Source of the DNA: Sphagnum compactum
Taxonomy: Eukaryota
Reading direction: 5' to 3'
Length of the DNA: 64,000 nucleotides
NCBI GenBank assembly: GCA_965153455.1
Contig: OZ234493.1
Span: forward strand, 21,070,213 to 21,134,212
Notes under the pieces: generated by a model
The model's database searches: none
What the model was told of the DNA's origin: nothing
The model's input: only the letters and a program-made list of their open reading frames with translations
Shown here: piece after piece, positions 15,901 to 31,888 of the stretch
Position numbering within the stretch: the first letter of the stretch is position 1
Layout of the letters: each line of letters starts with the position of its first letter
Made by a program: the position numbers and the translations under genes

Positions 15901-17449
15901 ATTTATTAGAAAGAACTTCAAGGATATAAATTTATATTTACCTTTCATATTTTTGGCCCATTTCCAACCAACATTTCCATTGGATTAGACTCTTTACATT
16001 TTGATCATTCAACATACCCATTCTATCAACTTAACCATATAAAACCTTTAACCATTTTTTGATGCCTTCTTTTTTGAAACATTTTTATGGTAAATGTTTA
16101 TTATAATTTGATCGCCTTCTATTAATATAACATGGAATCACATAATTTATCATAATCAAAACTATTCTTCCTTTTCTCAAAGTTATCACCTTATTAACTC
16201 TGATAATTGTTTTAACATTGTCCAATACGTTGAACCCAATTTGTTTCTATACATAAATCACTTTCAAATTCAACCACATTACCATAGTACTTTGGCCAAT
16301 TCGATAATCCTTTGTTGAAAATTTAATTAATTTTCAAGTTTTCAATTTGACACCTTTGTTTTAATTTTTTTATTTTCAACAAAAATTTTGAATATTTTTT
16401 TGCATTTTGAGAATATCAAAAATTTACCCAAGTTTAATCTCTTTTTTTGGTCCTTTTTTGTTTGATTTTTTTATTGGTAGTTCAATTTTTTTGTTGCAGA
16501 TTTGTTGGTTTAACGTTCATGGCATATCTTTAGGATTCAAGATTGATTATTCAAGAACTCCTTTACTTAAGAGCATTCTTGGTACCTACCTTTTCTTAGT
16601 GAAAGAGTTGACAATAGAGAGTTTGCACTAAAGGCACTTTGCTATTATTCTATTTGGGTGTGAATGAAAATACTAGAGAAAAAATGGAAATAGATCATTT
16701 GTAGAATAATCTTGCTTCGTCTATTTTGTAAAGTTCCTAGTTTGCATTTAAGACTTTAATGTGTATCTACCTATTAAGGAGCATGTGAATGAAAAAAATT
16801 GTTAGCTTATTTTTTGTTTAACATATTTTAGCTCAAGAGTTTTTTTATGTTGAGGAGCAAAAATATTGAAAAAACTAAATTGGTTATTATGGTAATTTGG
16901 TATATATAAATACCTACAACAAAAGCAACATAAAACATCAACAAGGTTATTCAAGTTCGTCACACAAAATGAACACCAAAGTTTTTTAAAACATGAAGGT
17001 GAATTGTTGGAAAAAGTTGCACAAAAGAGAAATATCAAGTGTATAGTGCAGAAACATCTAATTGGTCGCCCTATGAAATTCAAAACAACTCTACAAGCAA
17101 ACCAAATGATCACACAATAGTCAAATGAAGAACAAACAAGAAATCAATCACATGTGCACAAGCATTGGACATATGTCAACTGGTTGCAACAAGATTTGTG
17201 GCCACCCAAAGTGGTAGCAATCAAGAAATACCACGACAACAAAATTGACACCTTCCATCTCTTGAAAATTGCTTATAGGAAACCATGATGTCCTAATCCT
17301 TATGAAAAAACTGGATAAACCAACCTTTATGATTGGTTTATAGATAAAGGAAAAATTAAAGCCAAGTATGTCCATGTAGCTGCATACAAGTTGAAACCAG
17401 GAAGAAAAATTTACCAATACTTGAAAACCATCCAATATTGAGAGATTCA

Positions 17450-18497
17450 ATTGTAGCCATGTTGTAAAAGATGAAGGAGGCAAGCTAGCCCCTAACAACT
17501 TCCACAATCCAACCTATAATTTGTGAAATGATTGAATCATTGGCCCTTGATGTGCTCTGTGACAACAAAGATAATGGGTTTAAAGTTATTCAAGTATGGA
17601 TTCATCAATTCATGAAACATTACATGAATTGGATTTTTAGGGTTTACAATAGCTAACAAACTTTCATTAGATTGGGAAGAACAAGGATAGTTCATGGCTT
17701 ACCATATTACTTGCCTAGTTAAGGCTTACAACATTCCACCTTCACTTGTTGTCAATAGTGATAAGATCAACATACATTTGGTACCTACATCACGAAAATG
17801 CACATGGGAAAGTAGGGGCTCCAAACACATTCATGTGCTTGGCATAAAAGACAAAAGGCAAGTGACTATGGTAATATTTTCATTTGCAACATGACTGTTG
17901 TTGCCACTACAAGTGCTTTTACAGGCATTACGCCAAGAACATTGCTACCAAACAATCAAAGAAAATCAATGTGTGTGGCAAATGGGTGGGATCACTCACC
18001 TATAGTGAAAACCATTGGTGCGTTTTGTGGAGATTGTCATGGTGCCTTACTGCCAAGCTCGAATTGAATCATCTAGATTGCAAACAAATCAAATAATGAT
18101 TTGGTTGTTAGATTGCCCGAATGTACACAAAAGTTAAGAATTCTAGGGTTGGATAAAAGATAAACTTCCAAACATTTTGGTTATTTTTGTATCAGCAGAT
18201 TGTACCAATGTTTTACAACCAACTCATGTCATACTACAGTGCCCACTCAAGCATGCATTCAAAATGGAGTTCAACAACTAGACAAAATGGGTCATCGAGG
18301 AGCAAATTGAAAGTGGCAAAAAACCAAATGTTGATTTCAAAATGAGTAATTTAAAACCACGCATATGTGAGTGGTTACACAATGCGTGGAAAGAATTGAG
18401 AAACAAAGAAACAATCATCTTAAAAAGGTGGGAAAAAACAAGGCTTGTAAAAGCTTGGAGAAGTGATTTTCAACTTGCTACCACAGAAGCAAACACA
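17450..18497 (+). pseudogene. pogo/Tc1-mariner (DDE_1-like) transposase remnant
   Basis: Fragments YNIPPSLVVNSDKINIHLVP..TWESRGSKHIHVLGIKDKRQVT, WLLDCPNVH and IFVSADCTNVLQPTHVILQCPLKHAFK match the pogo-type DDD core layout; multiple stops and frameshifts. Confidence 0.75.
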
Positions 18498-18561
18498 GTT
18501 AACATAGCAATAGAGAAATAATTGTGTTTGCTTCTGTGGTAGCAAGTTGAAAATCACTTCT
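18459..18561. repeat. Perfect 39-bp inverted repeat with 25-nt spacer
   Basis: agaagtgattttcaacttgctaccacagaagcaaacaca (18459-18497) and its exact reverse complement (18523-18561). Confidence 0.95.
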
Positions 18562-20673
18562 AAACCCATGCAAATTCAACAACCTTGAAGGTGTTATTCT
18601 AGGACGAAGCATACATCATGAGTTGTTACTTTTATGGCCATTTCCTAAGCTTGGGCTCTTACTCTTCCAATTTTGAATAGGCATCAAGAAGAGCAAGGGA
18701 TGTTTATTATTATAGCCAAAATAATGAACCCTTGACAATGGGGTCTATTTCCAAATCTAACAAAGGTACCCAAGAAGGAATGTCTGCATTGAAAGAGATA
18801 AATGAACGCTCTTTGGTGCATGACTATTTGAAGCTTTCATGGTTTGTTGAGATTGTGTTAAAAGGCTCAATGTGTTTGATTCTTGCATTTGTTTTAGCCA
18901 TGATAATGATGTAGGTTTTGGACATTGATCTTGATAACTCCTTTCTACCCAATTAAAATATTGTTCATATCAACCTTGTTGTATATTATGTTGGGTCATG
19001 TTCAATTTTTAACAACAACAACAACAACATGCAACAACTTCTTATATGTTAGCAATAACTCTGATATAGAAGGCAACATAATTATGAATAATTTTATGCT
19101 ATGAAGCTTAAGATTTGGTGAGGGAGATTCAAGCTTTATGTCACTTTGGCAAGGACAACGACAAGATCAAGGTAGAAAAAATGAGATTCCATCGAACAAG
19201 GTGAGCATAGTTTAGCCCTTATCGATGAAACAACTAGTTGAAGTATTGTCAACTTCTCTAGGAGGGGGAGGCACCAAAGTTGCAAGTGGAGTACTTAATG
19301 TTGCATATACAAAAACACCATGACAACAAAAGTTCAGGAAAGTAAAAAAAAATAGTGCTAACAATAGTGTATAGCCTTGGATTTGCAATAAAACAATGAT
19401 GGGATTTTTGTATATTCTTTTGTTACTAGAGCATGGGTTGGTGTCGATAATCACACCACATTGCTTAGGAATGGTGAGTGCCTTGGCATTTAGCTTCGTG
19501 AGCATAATGCAAACAAACAAGGTTGGTTGATTATAAAAAATAAAGACTACTACAACAAGCGAGTGGAGGAGTGGTAGTTGGCTTTGTGATGTAAATATAA
19601 TATTTCTTTCTTGATTCCTACTTGAGTGAAATTGAGATGATCTCATGTAAAGTTGGACTTCTTGATACAACTTCATGCCATTGAAGATTAAAAAATTGTT
19701 TATTGGCTTACCATGATCGGGTTCATGTATTTTGTATTGTTTTTGCAGGTTTGACATTGGCTTTTACATCCACAAAAACACCCCCTACACTAACACCCCC
19801 AACCCCATTCTTAGTTGGTAGTTCATTAGCGTCATTGTCATCTTCAATTCTCTTGCCTCCTAGAGTTGCTTATCCCCCAAAAGCTACCTTACCACCACCA
19901 ACATCTCTTCCTCCTCCTCCTCCACTATTAGGAATATGTAGCATCAGTATTTACCGAAATATAAAATATAAAACAATTATAAAAGTCTTGAGTACAATTT
20001 TACCAAAGTTAGGCAATTAGTTTACCTAACCTAAGATGTCGTCCAACTGAAAAAAAGTAGGCACCTTACTGAAATTTGACAAGGAAATATTTGGTAAGAT
20101 CTTGTTGAATTTGGTTATCATTACTTTTGACTTGCTAAATGGTTGGGTCTGCCAATACGACATAGGTTCGAATTATCTAAAGGTTTGAAAAGGTAAGAAG
20201 AAGAATGAAGATATAAAGGGATACTCTTTTGGGGGGGACTTAGAACCAGATATTGTACTAAGATTTCATAATACACACATCAATATTATTGATTTTCTCT
20301 TATGTATTTTATCCATGCATGCTTCCATTTCTATTCTGTTTGTTGATCATAGAAAAAAACTTCATAATCTGTTTTTACGACTCAAGTATATGGTATTGTG
20401 TGTAATATGGTAGACAAGAACCCAACGGTGATGTAGAACTTAATTCCTACTAAAATCATCGCTAACAATTTGGTAAAAGACATTTGTTGAACAAATATGT
20501 TTTGGCTTGTTATGTGAATGTATAGTTTGATGCATTTATGTGTACTTTTGCTAGATTTATAGTTGGTAAAATGACTAATCAAAAACTATGAAATGACTTG
20601 AAATATCATATAGGATATGATATGGAAAATGATGTCCATCACTTTACATTTGATGTGTCTAATTTTGCCAATT

Positions 20674-23220
20674 GAACCTATTGGCGGGAACCCGGGTTCC
20701 CAAACGGGACCCGGGTCTTTCAAAAGATCTATATCTCCGCAACTAGTCATCAGAACCATCTCGTAATAGGTTCAATCGTCTTCTCTTATTCAATGAAGTC
20801 ATCTTGCGATCGGTCCAATTTGTATTTTCACTGTTTACGCCTTCCGGAAAAACGATAGGAGCGACGACTATCCAGGCACAGTGCCGGAGGCATTCTTCCG
20901 CGGGCGCCCGACCTTTGGCTTCTCCACCCCAATCGCCTTCTTAAAAGGCGCTACGCGCGTGCTCTTGCTACTAGATCGTGTGGCTGCCACGTCCTCATCT
21001 TCCGAAGAATCGGACAAACCCTCAGGAATAGAAGGGTAGTAGGAAAGTACTTCGGGAGGGATAGAAAAGTACTTCTTGGACAACGATTTGAGCTTCTTGT
21101 TGGTCAGCTGCTCCTTAAGCTCCACACGAGGGAGCTTGACCATGTCAACCGACGTGACGTCATCAATGGACTTGACGCCACTTCTAAACAAATCGAAAAG
21201 AATCGCTTGACGAACAGAATCAATATTCTCGAGAAGAAACATCGGAAACTGGACGGCCTCGTTGTCGGGCGTACTTACGAGATGGCGCATGCTAACAATG
21301 CCCTGGTCGATCTCAAAAAAATAGTTGCCAGTGTAGTTCGGTGGCATAGACTTGAAGTACTTCTTCAGAAAAGAGGTCCAATCGCCAAAGAAGGGTCGTC
21401 GCGATGACTGATGATCCAGGAATTCGGCAGAGACAGACTTAATGGCGTTGAGCTCAGATACAATCCTGCTGAGGGTGTAGAGGTTCTGGGCACGCATCTT
21501 GTTTCGACACCAGGCAACGACACGATCGACCTGGTTGTGAGAGTGGCAAGGGATAAGAAAAAGAAGAGCGACCTTGTCATAAAACAGGAGAGATAACAGC
21601 GCATAGAACATGAAGACCACCTTCGACTTATTTTGACCAACGCAGTTGTCGAGGATCAGCAGGAACATCTTAGGCGAACGGTCGGCACGTTCTTGACGAA
21701 GTCGAAGATGAAAGAGTAAACGAAGACTGCACAGGGCGTCAGCGCCTTTGCCTTGACCACGCTCATCGTAGATCAGAACATTATTGCGATTGGCGGTGAT
21801 GTCGGAGATGATGAAGTTCTGCATCATGAGATTGGAATTGAAGTAGTGAGCAGAAGGACGTTGATGGCCATAGAAAGGAAGCGGGAAGCTGCCGCCGAAA
21901 TCTTCAATCTGAATCTGGATCTCAGGGAAGGCGTCGTCGATAGGATCAGGAGGCGCATCATCAATGGTATCGGGAATAATCGCATTCGGGACAAGTTGCT
22001 GGGGTGCATTAGCTGCAATGTACTGCTTAACGAACCCCGACATGAACCGACGCTGATCAATAGCGGCCTAAAGGTGCATCCCCTTCTCCAGAACCAGATG
22101 TTCCCGCTCTTCAAGCGGGAGATCGTCACGAGCGAGTTGAATATCAATGCGAACACAAGAATCACAAACATCTTCTGCCGTCCTTGTCAGGCGAACACCA
22201 GGTTGGTGCAACTTGACGTACTGGGTCCATCAGGAAAAGCTCATCACTCGCCGCTCGAGAGACACCATTTTCTTTTCGTACCGCTTCCAAAGCTCCGTCC
22301 AGGTCAGCTTAGCCTCCATGACATATTGGCGAGGTCGTCGATGCGAACAGGGAAATCCATCCTCCAGCTCCCACATCTTGCAGTCCTCAATGAATGCAGT
22401 TAGATCGTCTGATGATAGAGCGTGATGTGGAACTTTCATAGGACGGCGAGTATGGCTTCCGTCCCACGTCCCGTCCTTATGAATCTTTCTCAATCGTGAC
22501 ACACGAGAACCACCAACACCAAGGAGGGCCTTAATCTCTCGATTCGAATAACCTTGCGCCATCAATCCCAGAATGACTCCTTCGCCCTGCTCCCTTTCCG
22601 CCTCGTCGTATCCCGTCTTCATCGCGTTCCACGTCTCTTTCAATGCGTTGAGACTCTCTTCTCCCATCTTCTTCACCACTCTCTCCAATGCGTTCGTCTT
22701 CCGATCCGTCTTCTTCTTGTTGATCTGCTGCACGCACTTATACGATCCACTGATGCCGCCATGTTTGCGCTTCTGGAGTAAGGATTCACCGGCGGTCAAA
22801 CTCGAGGTTGTTGTATCAGACAACGTGGGCGGCTTCTCGACTAGTGACGAAAATGCGAGTAGTTGATCACACCATCGGCCAATTATACTACAATTCTCCC
22901 AGATCTCAAGATAATCCAAGATTGTTGCCATGGCCTCCTGAATGTTGCCCTTGTTCTTCTCAATCGAGCTCAGGTCATTATTGTCAAATCCCCAACAGTG
23001 TATTTTCATTTTCAATTCAATCGAACATTCCTCCTGGCTCCGCTTAGACATTGCTTCTGTTGCTCCAGCGAGGTCTGGAGCTCCTGCCAGGCCAGTAATA
23101 GCCCCGTACGGCATCTGCCACGGGGCCCGAGTGCTATTTTAGGTACCCTCCAAAAAAAAAAAAAAATTGTCTTCTGACATTGAGTTTTTTGCGGGACCCC
23201 GGGTTCCCGCCAATAGGTTC
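20674..23220 (-). mobile_element. Full-length Sola-like (probably Sola1) cut-and-paste DNA transposon, 2547 bp
   Basis: TIR GAACCTATTGGCGGGAACCCGGG(T/G)TCCC (28 bp, 1 mismatch) at both ends; AATT on both flanks (20670-20673, 23221-23224), matching the AWWT target of Sola1; abrupt rise in GC content; internal DDD transposase. Confidence 0.88.
20835..23114 (-). pseudogene. Sola-type DDD transposase, ~759 codons, three in-frame stops
   Basis: ORFs 22230-23114 and 20868-22043 are in one frame; stops at 22230-32 (TGA), 22068-70 (TAG) and 20868-70 (TAG), next stop TAA at 20835-37. Motifs: HTH-like GYSNREIKALLGVGGSRVSRL, DVCDSC, IEDFGGSFPLP, YDERGQGKGADALCS, LILDNCVGQNK, FLIPCHSHNQVDR, AT-hook GRPRK. 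Confidence 0.85.
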
Positions 23221-24517
23221 AATTAAAGCAAGTTGTTTAGATTGATGGCTTGTTTTTCTTCCCATTTTTCACAACAACAAAACAAGAGGAGTCAAATTGG
23301 GTATCATGGTGATTGAAAGAAAATACCCAAGTTCAAACATTAAAACATGTGAACGTTGAAGTTCAAAAAGTAAACATTGAAAAGTTACCATGTAATTAAA
23401 CTAACCTCAACCAAGGAATCATGATTGTAGTGTTCATTAGGACCCTTCCTTCTTTTCATCCTATATTCAAGTTGTCAATACTTGAAACCTATGCAAATAT
23501 TTCATAGCAAATTCAAGGCATTCATCAAGATATACCCTTATACTATAAAACCTCCCAATTGTGCCATGTTTTCAACATAAACTGGGAGATTTCATGTGAA
23601 AGCATTCCAATGACAATACTTTATCAAATTCATCAACAACTTTTTGATAAAACATTTATCGATGAACACGCCATCATACTGAACCTCACTACCATCAAAT
23701 TTTTGCCATTCCTACCCATTGGGGCTCCTTGCTCTAGGCAACGATGCACTTTTTGCCATTATCACTGGAAATCCCCATTAAATTTTTTTTCATGCATTTC
23801 TTCTTGTTGACAAGAAGGAATATTTATATTTATTTTGGTTATTCAATAGGCAAAAGAGGACCTCTAGAGGTCCAAAAAGATCTATTTTTTTACAATATAG
23901 AGAATGAAATGTATCATAATATCAAAAAATGACAAGGAAAATTCCATTTCCAACAAGATAAGACTTACATCAACCACAATGTGGACAAAATATTATTATT
24001 GATATTTAATAATATTGTTGGATTATGATCATTGCCACGAGTTGCCCTTGTGGCTTTGAATGTGATGTAAATTAATGTGTTTATTTCATTGGATGGGTTG
24101 CAATCTAAAAAATTAAGCCCTAAATTATTACAAAAAAAATATGGGGATCTTTTTTGGGGGGAGAAAAAAAATTTAGTTTCCTTTGGAAGTGTGACAAATT
24201 TTTTTGAAAGGTTTCAAACTAAGATATGCACACACAAAAACCCAAAGAACAAATGAAACCTTGGAAAGCTAACCCAAAAAAAACACTAATGAATTTGTGT
24301 AGCTTAGACACGAATCATTGATCGTGCATTTTTTAAAATTTGAAATGCTAATTATAACCAATATTAAATAGGTATAGACAAAAAAAATCATATCAAATCA
24401 ACTTTTTCAACACTGCATGTTTATTTTTAAAATAATACTATATTAATCTTTCTCAAATTTATATTGAACAATGCATTGCACAATAAGGACATCTTTACAT
24501 TTAAGTTTGCAGTGATC

Positions 24518-24643
24518 ACAACAATTTTCCATTAAATTTTTTCTCCTAATGTCTATGCTCACAACAATTTTCCATTAAATTTGTTTTCCTAATGTCTATG
24601 CTCACAACAATTTTCCATTAAATTTGTTTTCCTAATGTCTATG
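24518..24643 (+). repeat. Tandem repeat, ~42-bp unit x3
   Basis: cacaacaattttccattaaattt.tt..cctaatgtctatg(ct) repeated three times. Confidence 0.9.
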
Positions 24644-24746
24644 ACACCAAACACCCAATTAGCAAAAGTATTATTATTACTTACTACCTACTACTACCTA
24701 TCCCAATTCATTATTACCTATTATTTGCACTAGAGGAGATATGCCC

Positions 24747-25018
24747 CAGTGTTTTATTTATTTATTTATTTATTTATCTATTTTTGGCGAATTTCCGCAA
24801 CCTGGCGACCAAAAAAAAAGGGGGCTGGCGAATCCAACAAAGGGATTTTTGAGTTTTAAGAAAAAACATTCGCCATATCTTGACCAAAAAAAACTTAGAA
24901 GTCGCCAGATTTAGACATGTGTTCCTCCTGTAAGTCGCCAGAACTAGGCAGGATTCCAAAAAAGATCTACTAGTCCACCAGGACAGTCGCCATTTACTGC
25001 TAATTAATATTTTTTGAT
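24747..25018. mobile_element. Short hAT-like non-autonomous insertion upstream of the DnaJ gene
   Basis: Begins CAGTGTTTT; multiple TGGCGA/TCGCCA motifs; bracketed by the 8-bp direct repeat ATATGCCC (24739-24746, 25019-25026). No clear right TIR. Confidence 0.5.
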
Positions 25019-25609
25019 ATATGCCCTATTTGTTTGTTTTTAAAATTAAAAATAATTCTTAAATTCTTAATATTATTTATTATTTTAAATTCCACCTCTT
25101 GCTTGTGCCACGTGCTAGTTTCAGCGAGTAGCACGTGCCTGTCGCACGGAGACAGGCTCCCCAGGTGCTGGCTGCGGGGGGGTAGGGTGGGGAAGGAGAG
25201 GGGCTTGTGTGCCATACCTCTGTGTGTTTGAAGAATGAGAACTTTGTGATCAGGTAACGAGATCACACGATTCCAGTTATGATGAATAGATTATCTTCCA
25301 AAGTATTTTTATGCGAAATTTGAGCGTTTGGATCGCGAATCCCATTTCTCTGGAGCATTTGAGGCTGCGAATTGGGCGGCAACACGTGGCTTTCGATCTC
25401 TCCAGTTTCGAGTTTTTCGAGGAAAGCGGGCGAGAGAGGGGGAAGAGAGAAGAGAGAAGCTCGCGGATCGAAAGATTTTGTCGCAGAATTGCAGAGCTGG
25501 ATCTAGAGAGACAAGAAGCTTTTTTTGTGAAGAATTCTTTGCAGCTCTTCTTGGGTGTTTGAGAAGAGGAGGAGGAGGAGGAGGAGGAGGAGAGAACGAG
25601 AACAAGAAG

Positions 25610-29436
<3,827 letters not shown>

Positions 29437-30995
29437 TAATAACGTTATTAGCTGGCAGCCCAAAATCAAATCACCTGAATTCACAGGGGGCAAAATCTCT
29501 TCAAAACTTGTAAGCAATAAGCTGTTTCTAGGTTATGTGAGAATACAGTGTACATTCACACTTACTGTCGATAACTGATCCTGTTGCCAGTGGATCATCA
29601 GCTGCCACAGATCCACTTGCTATCTCCAGTCACAGCACTACCTCATTCGTTATGTATGTACAATTCAGTGCTTGAAGTTTGTGGTCTCAGGTTTAAGTTG
29701 CAATTTTAGATCCAATTCAATGTGTAGTAGTTCTATTGTTCTGTGGGCTGCTTTTATGAGCTGCAACTGCTGTTTCATCTTTTTGGTTTGTGTAGTAGAG
29801 ATCCTTTTTCCTGGTCTCAGGATGGTATTATCAGCATTTTATTAATCCACCTTACCAAACTCCAACCAGATGCAATGGGTCATCAAAATGCTACAAGTGT
29901 AATGTAAAAGAAAGGTTCTGGAATTTTCTAGTGGGTTGCAGACCCAACCAGAGCACTACATCCTTTAATGTGTTGGGGCATTGTAGAAGAGTTTCTACAT
30001 ACCTGCTTATGGCTGGTGGACTGAGGTGTAGAATAAAGAACATGCTTGTAGCAAGTTGATCCTGTGGACATGATTGTGGGTTATCATATTTCCCATAGCT
30101 GTTGATGTGTGATTCTAGCATCCTGACTCTCAAGTCTGGTGACTAAGTGTGCAGGTCATTCATACTGCTCTATGTAGCTGCAGAAATTCATCATACAACT
30201 ACTATTGTTTGTCATAGTTTTTTTGTGTACTATAAATGGTGTTGTTTTCAAAGCATCTTGTTTGCACCTGGATCACTTCACTTGCTGCTCATGATCCAAA
30301 GGACCAAGTTCATTTCAGTCAAATTGATTTGTGCATGGACTTACTCATTTCACTTGGGTGCTCATTGGAAGGACTTCTTCATTTCCTTGGCTTCTTGTTC
30401 ATGCATAGACTTGCTCAGTTACGCTTGATTCTCATCCAAATGGCAGTACATTTCATTGAAGGTAACGCTTCAATTTTGCTTTGGTTATATGTTTGCACAT
30501 CGACTTGTGCACTTTTTATTCATTTATCTACATGCATTTTGGATAGAATCAATCTTGGCAATTAGTTGTGATAACTTTTGTAATGTGTTTTGAGCCTACA
30601 ACATTGGTTGCACCTTTGATACCAATTTAAAACCTTGTAACGTTGAACTTCAACTCATTCTTGTGCATGTGCTTTTCAATACAATTATGGTTGATCACCC
30701 ATTCGGGAGTTGTGTTATAGAATCAAACTCACTTGCAAAACTTAGAGGAAGCCCAAGCACAATGAGCTAGATCAATGAACTGGACTTGATCTTTGATATT
30801 ACAAAATCAAACTCATCTACAAAACTTGCAAGAATCCAAGCCCAAGTACAATGAAAGCAGAAGAACACCCTAGATTAACACCAAGGATTAGACTCCAAAC
30901 ACACAAAATAGGGATAAACCCCTTTAAACTCACAAAATGGACGAAACCTCATTCACACTAAACTAGGTTCCGACCATAAAACAAATCTTATCCAA

Positions 30996-31411
30996 GATTG
31001 TTTTGCAAGTTTTACATATTTTTCACTTGAATACCAATAGTTAAATTCTAATCACTTGCTTTCATAAGCAAATTCTTAACAAGTAAATCATTTGTGAAGT
31101 GTTCCATAATCTCTTTCATCGAATCATCCCTTCCCTTGCTTGGGTTTTAAAAGAGTACACACATGTCTTTTTTGGTATTCTACGTCATTATGATTGAGGA
31201 TTGTTTTGCAAGTTTTACATATTTTTCACTTAACACCAAGAGTTAAATTCTAATAACTTGCTTTCATAAGCAAATTCTTAACAAGGAAATCATTTGTGAA
31301 GTGTTCCATAATCTCTTTCATCGAATCATCCCTTCCCTCGCTTGGGTTTTAAAAGAGTACAAACATGTCTTTTTTGGGTATTCTACATCATTATGATTGA
31401 GGATTGTTTTG
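30996..31411 (+). repeat. Near-identical ~203-bp tandem duplication
   Basis: gattgttttgcaagttttacat...tcattatgattgag occurs twice head-to-tail, followed by the start of a third unit (gattgttttg). Confidence 0.9.
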
Positions 31412-31603
31412 ATTTGTACTTAGTTTTCACTATCATATGATGTCTTGTACATTGATCCCTACAAGAGTAGGGTCTCACAAATCATGTTCATATGCAATGC
31501 ACCATTTACTTCAATTTATAGTCATCTTCCCACCAAATAAAGAATGTTTTTTTATGGACAATTATTAAATACTTACCAAGCTAGCCACATTGGACCACAC
31601 TTA

Positions 31604-31888
31604 GGGCCACTTTGGATGAGGGTCCAAGGTCCAACAAAAAAAAACAATCCTATTGGATGAGAGCCATAAATTGGACCCACGGCCTTTATGAAGGTCCAAG
31701 ACCAAAAAGTGGCAAATTGAGTCTAAATCTACATGGCACCATTTTGGAGGAAAAATCAATTGGTTCAAACCACAAAGGATTTGAAGACCCCCCAAGATGG
31801 GGATCCAACTCAAGGGTTCAATTTGCTTCAAATGAGTCCAAATTGGTTCCTAGGAATTTGGACCCTGGACCCCATCTAAAGTGGGCCT
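31604..31888. mobile_element. Tourist-like (PIF/Harbinger) MITE
   Basis: Left gggccactttggatgagggtccaaggtccaa versus reverse complement of right (a)ggcccactttagatggggtccagggtccaa; TTA on both flanks (one-base offset). Confidence 0.68.

Noticed and set aside
12980-16800. Short ORFs in AT-rich intergenic DNA (also 19212-20020 and 50200-54600)
   Set aside because: Low-complexity F/I/L/K-rich chance ORFs without domains; probably old TE debris that cannot be classified by eye.
21207-22866. Plus-strand ORFs such as 21753-22403 (216 aa)
   Set aside because: Antisense shadows of the GC-rich Sola transposase; no recognisable motifs.
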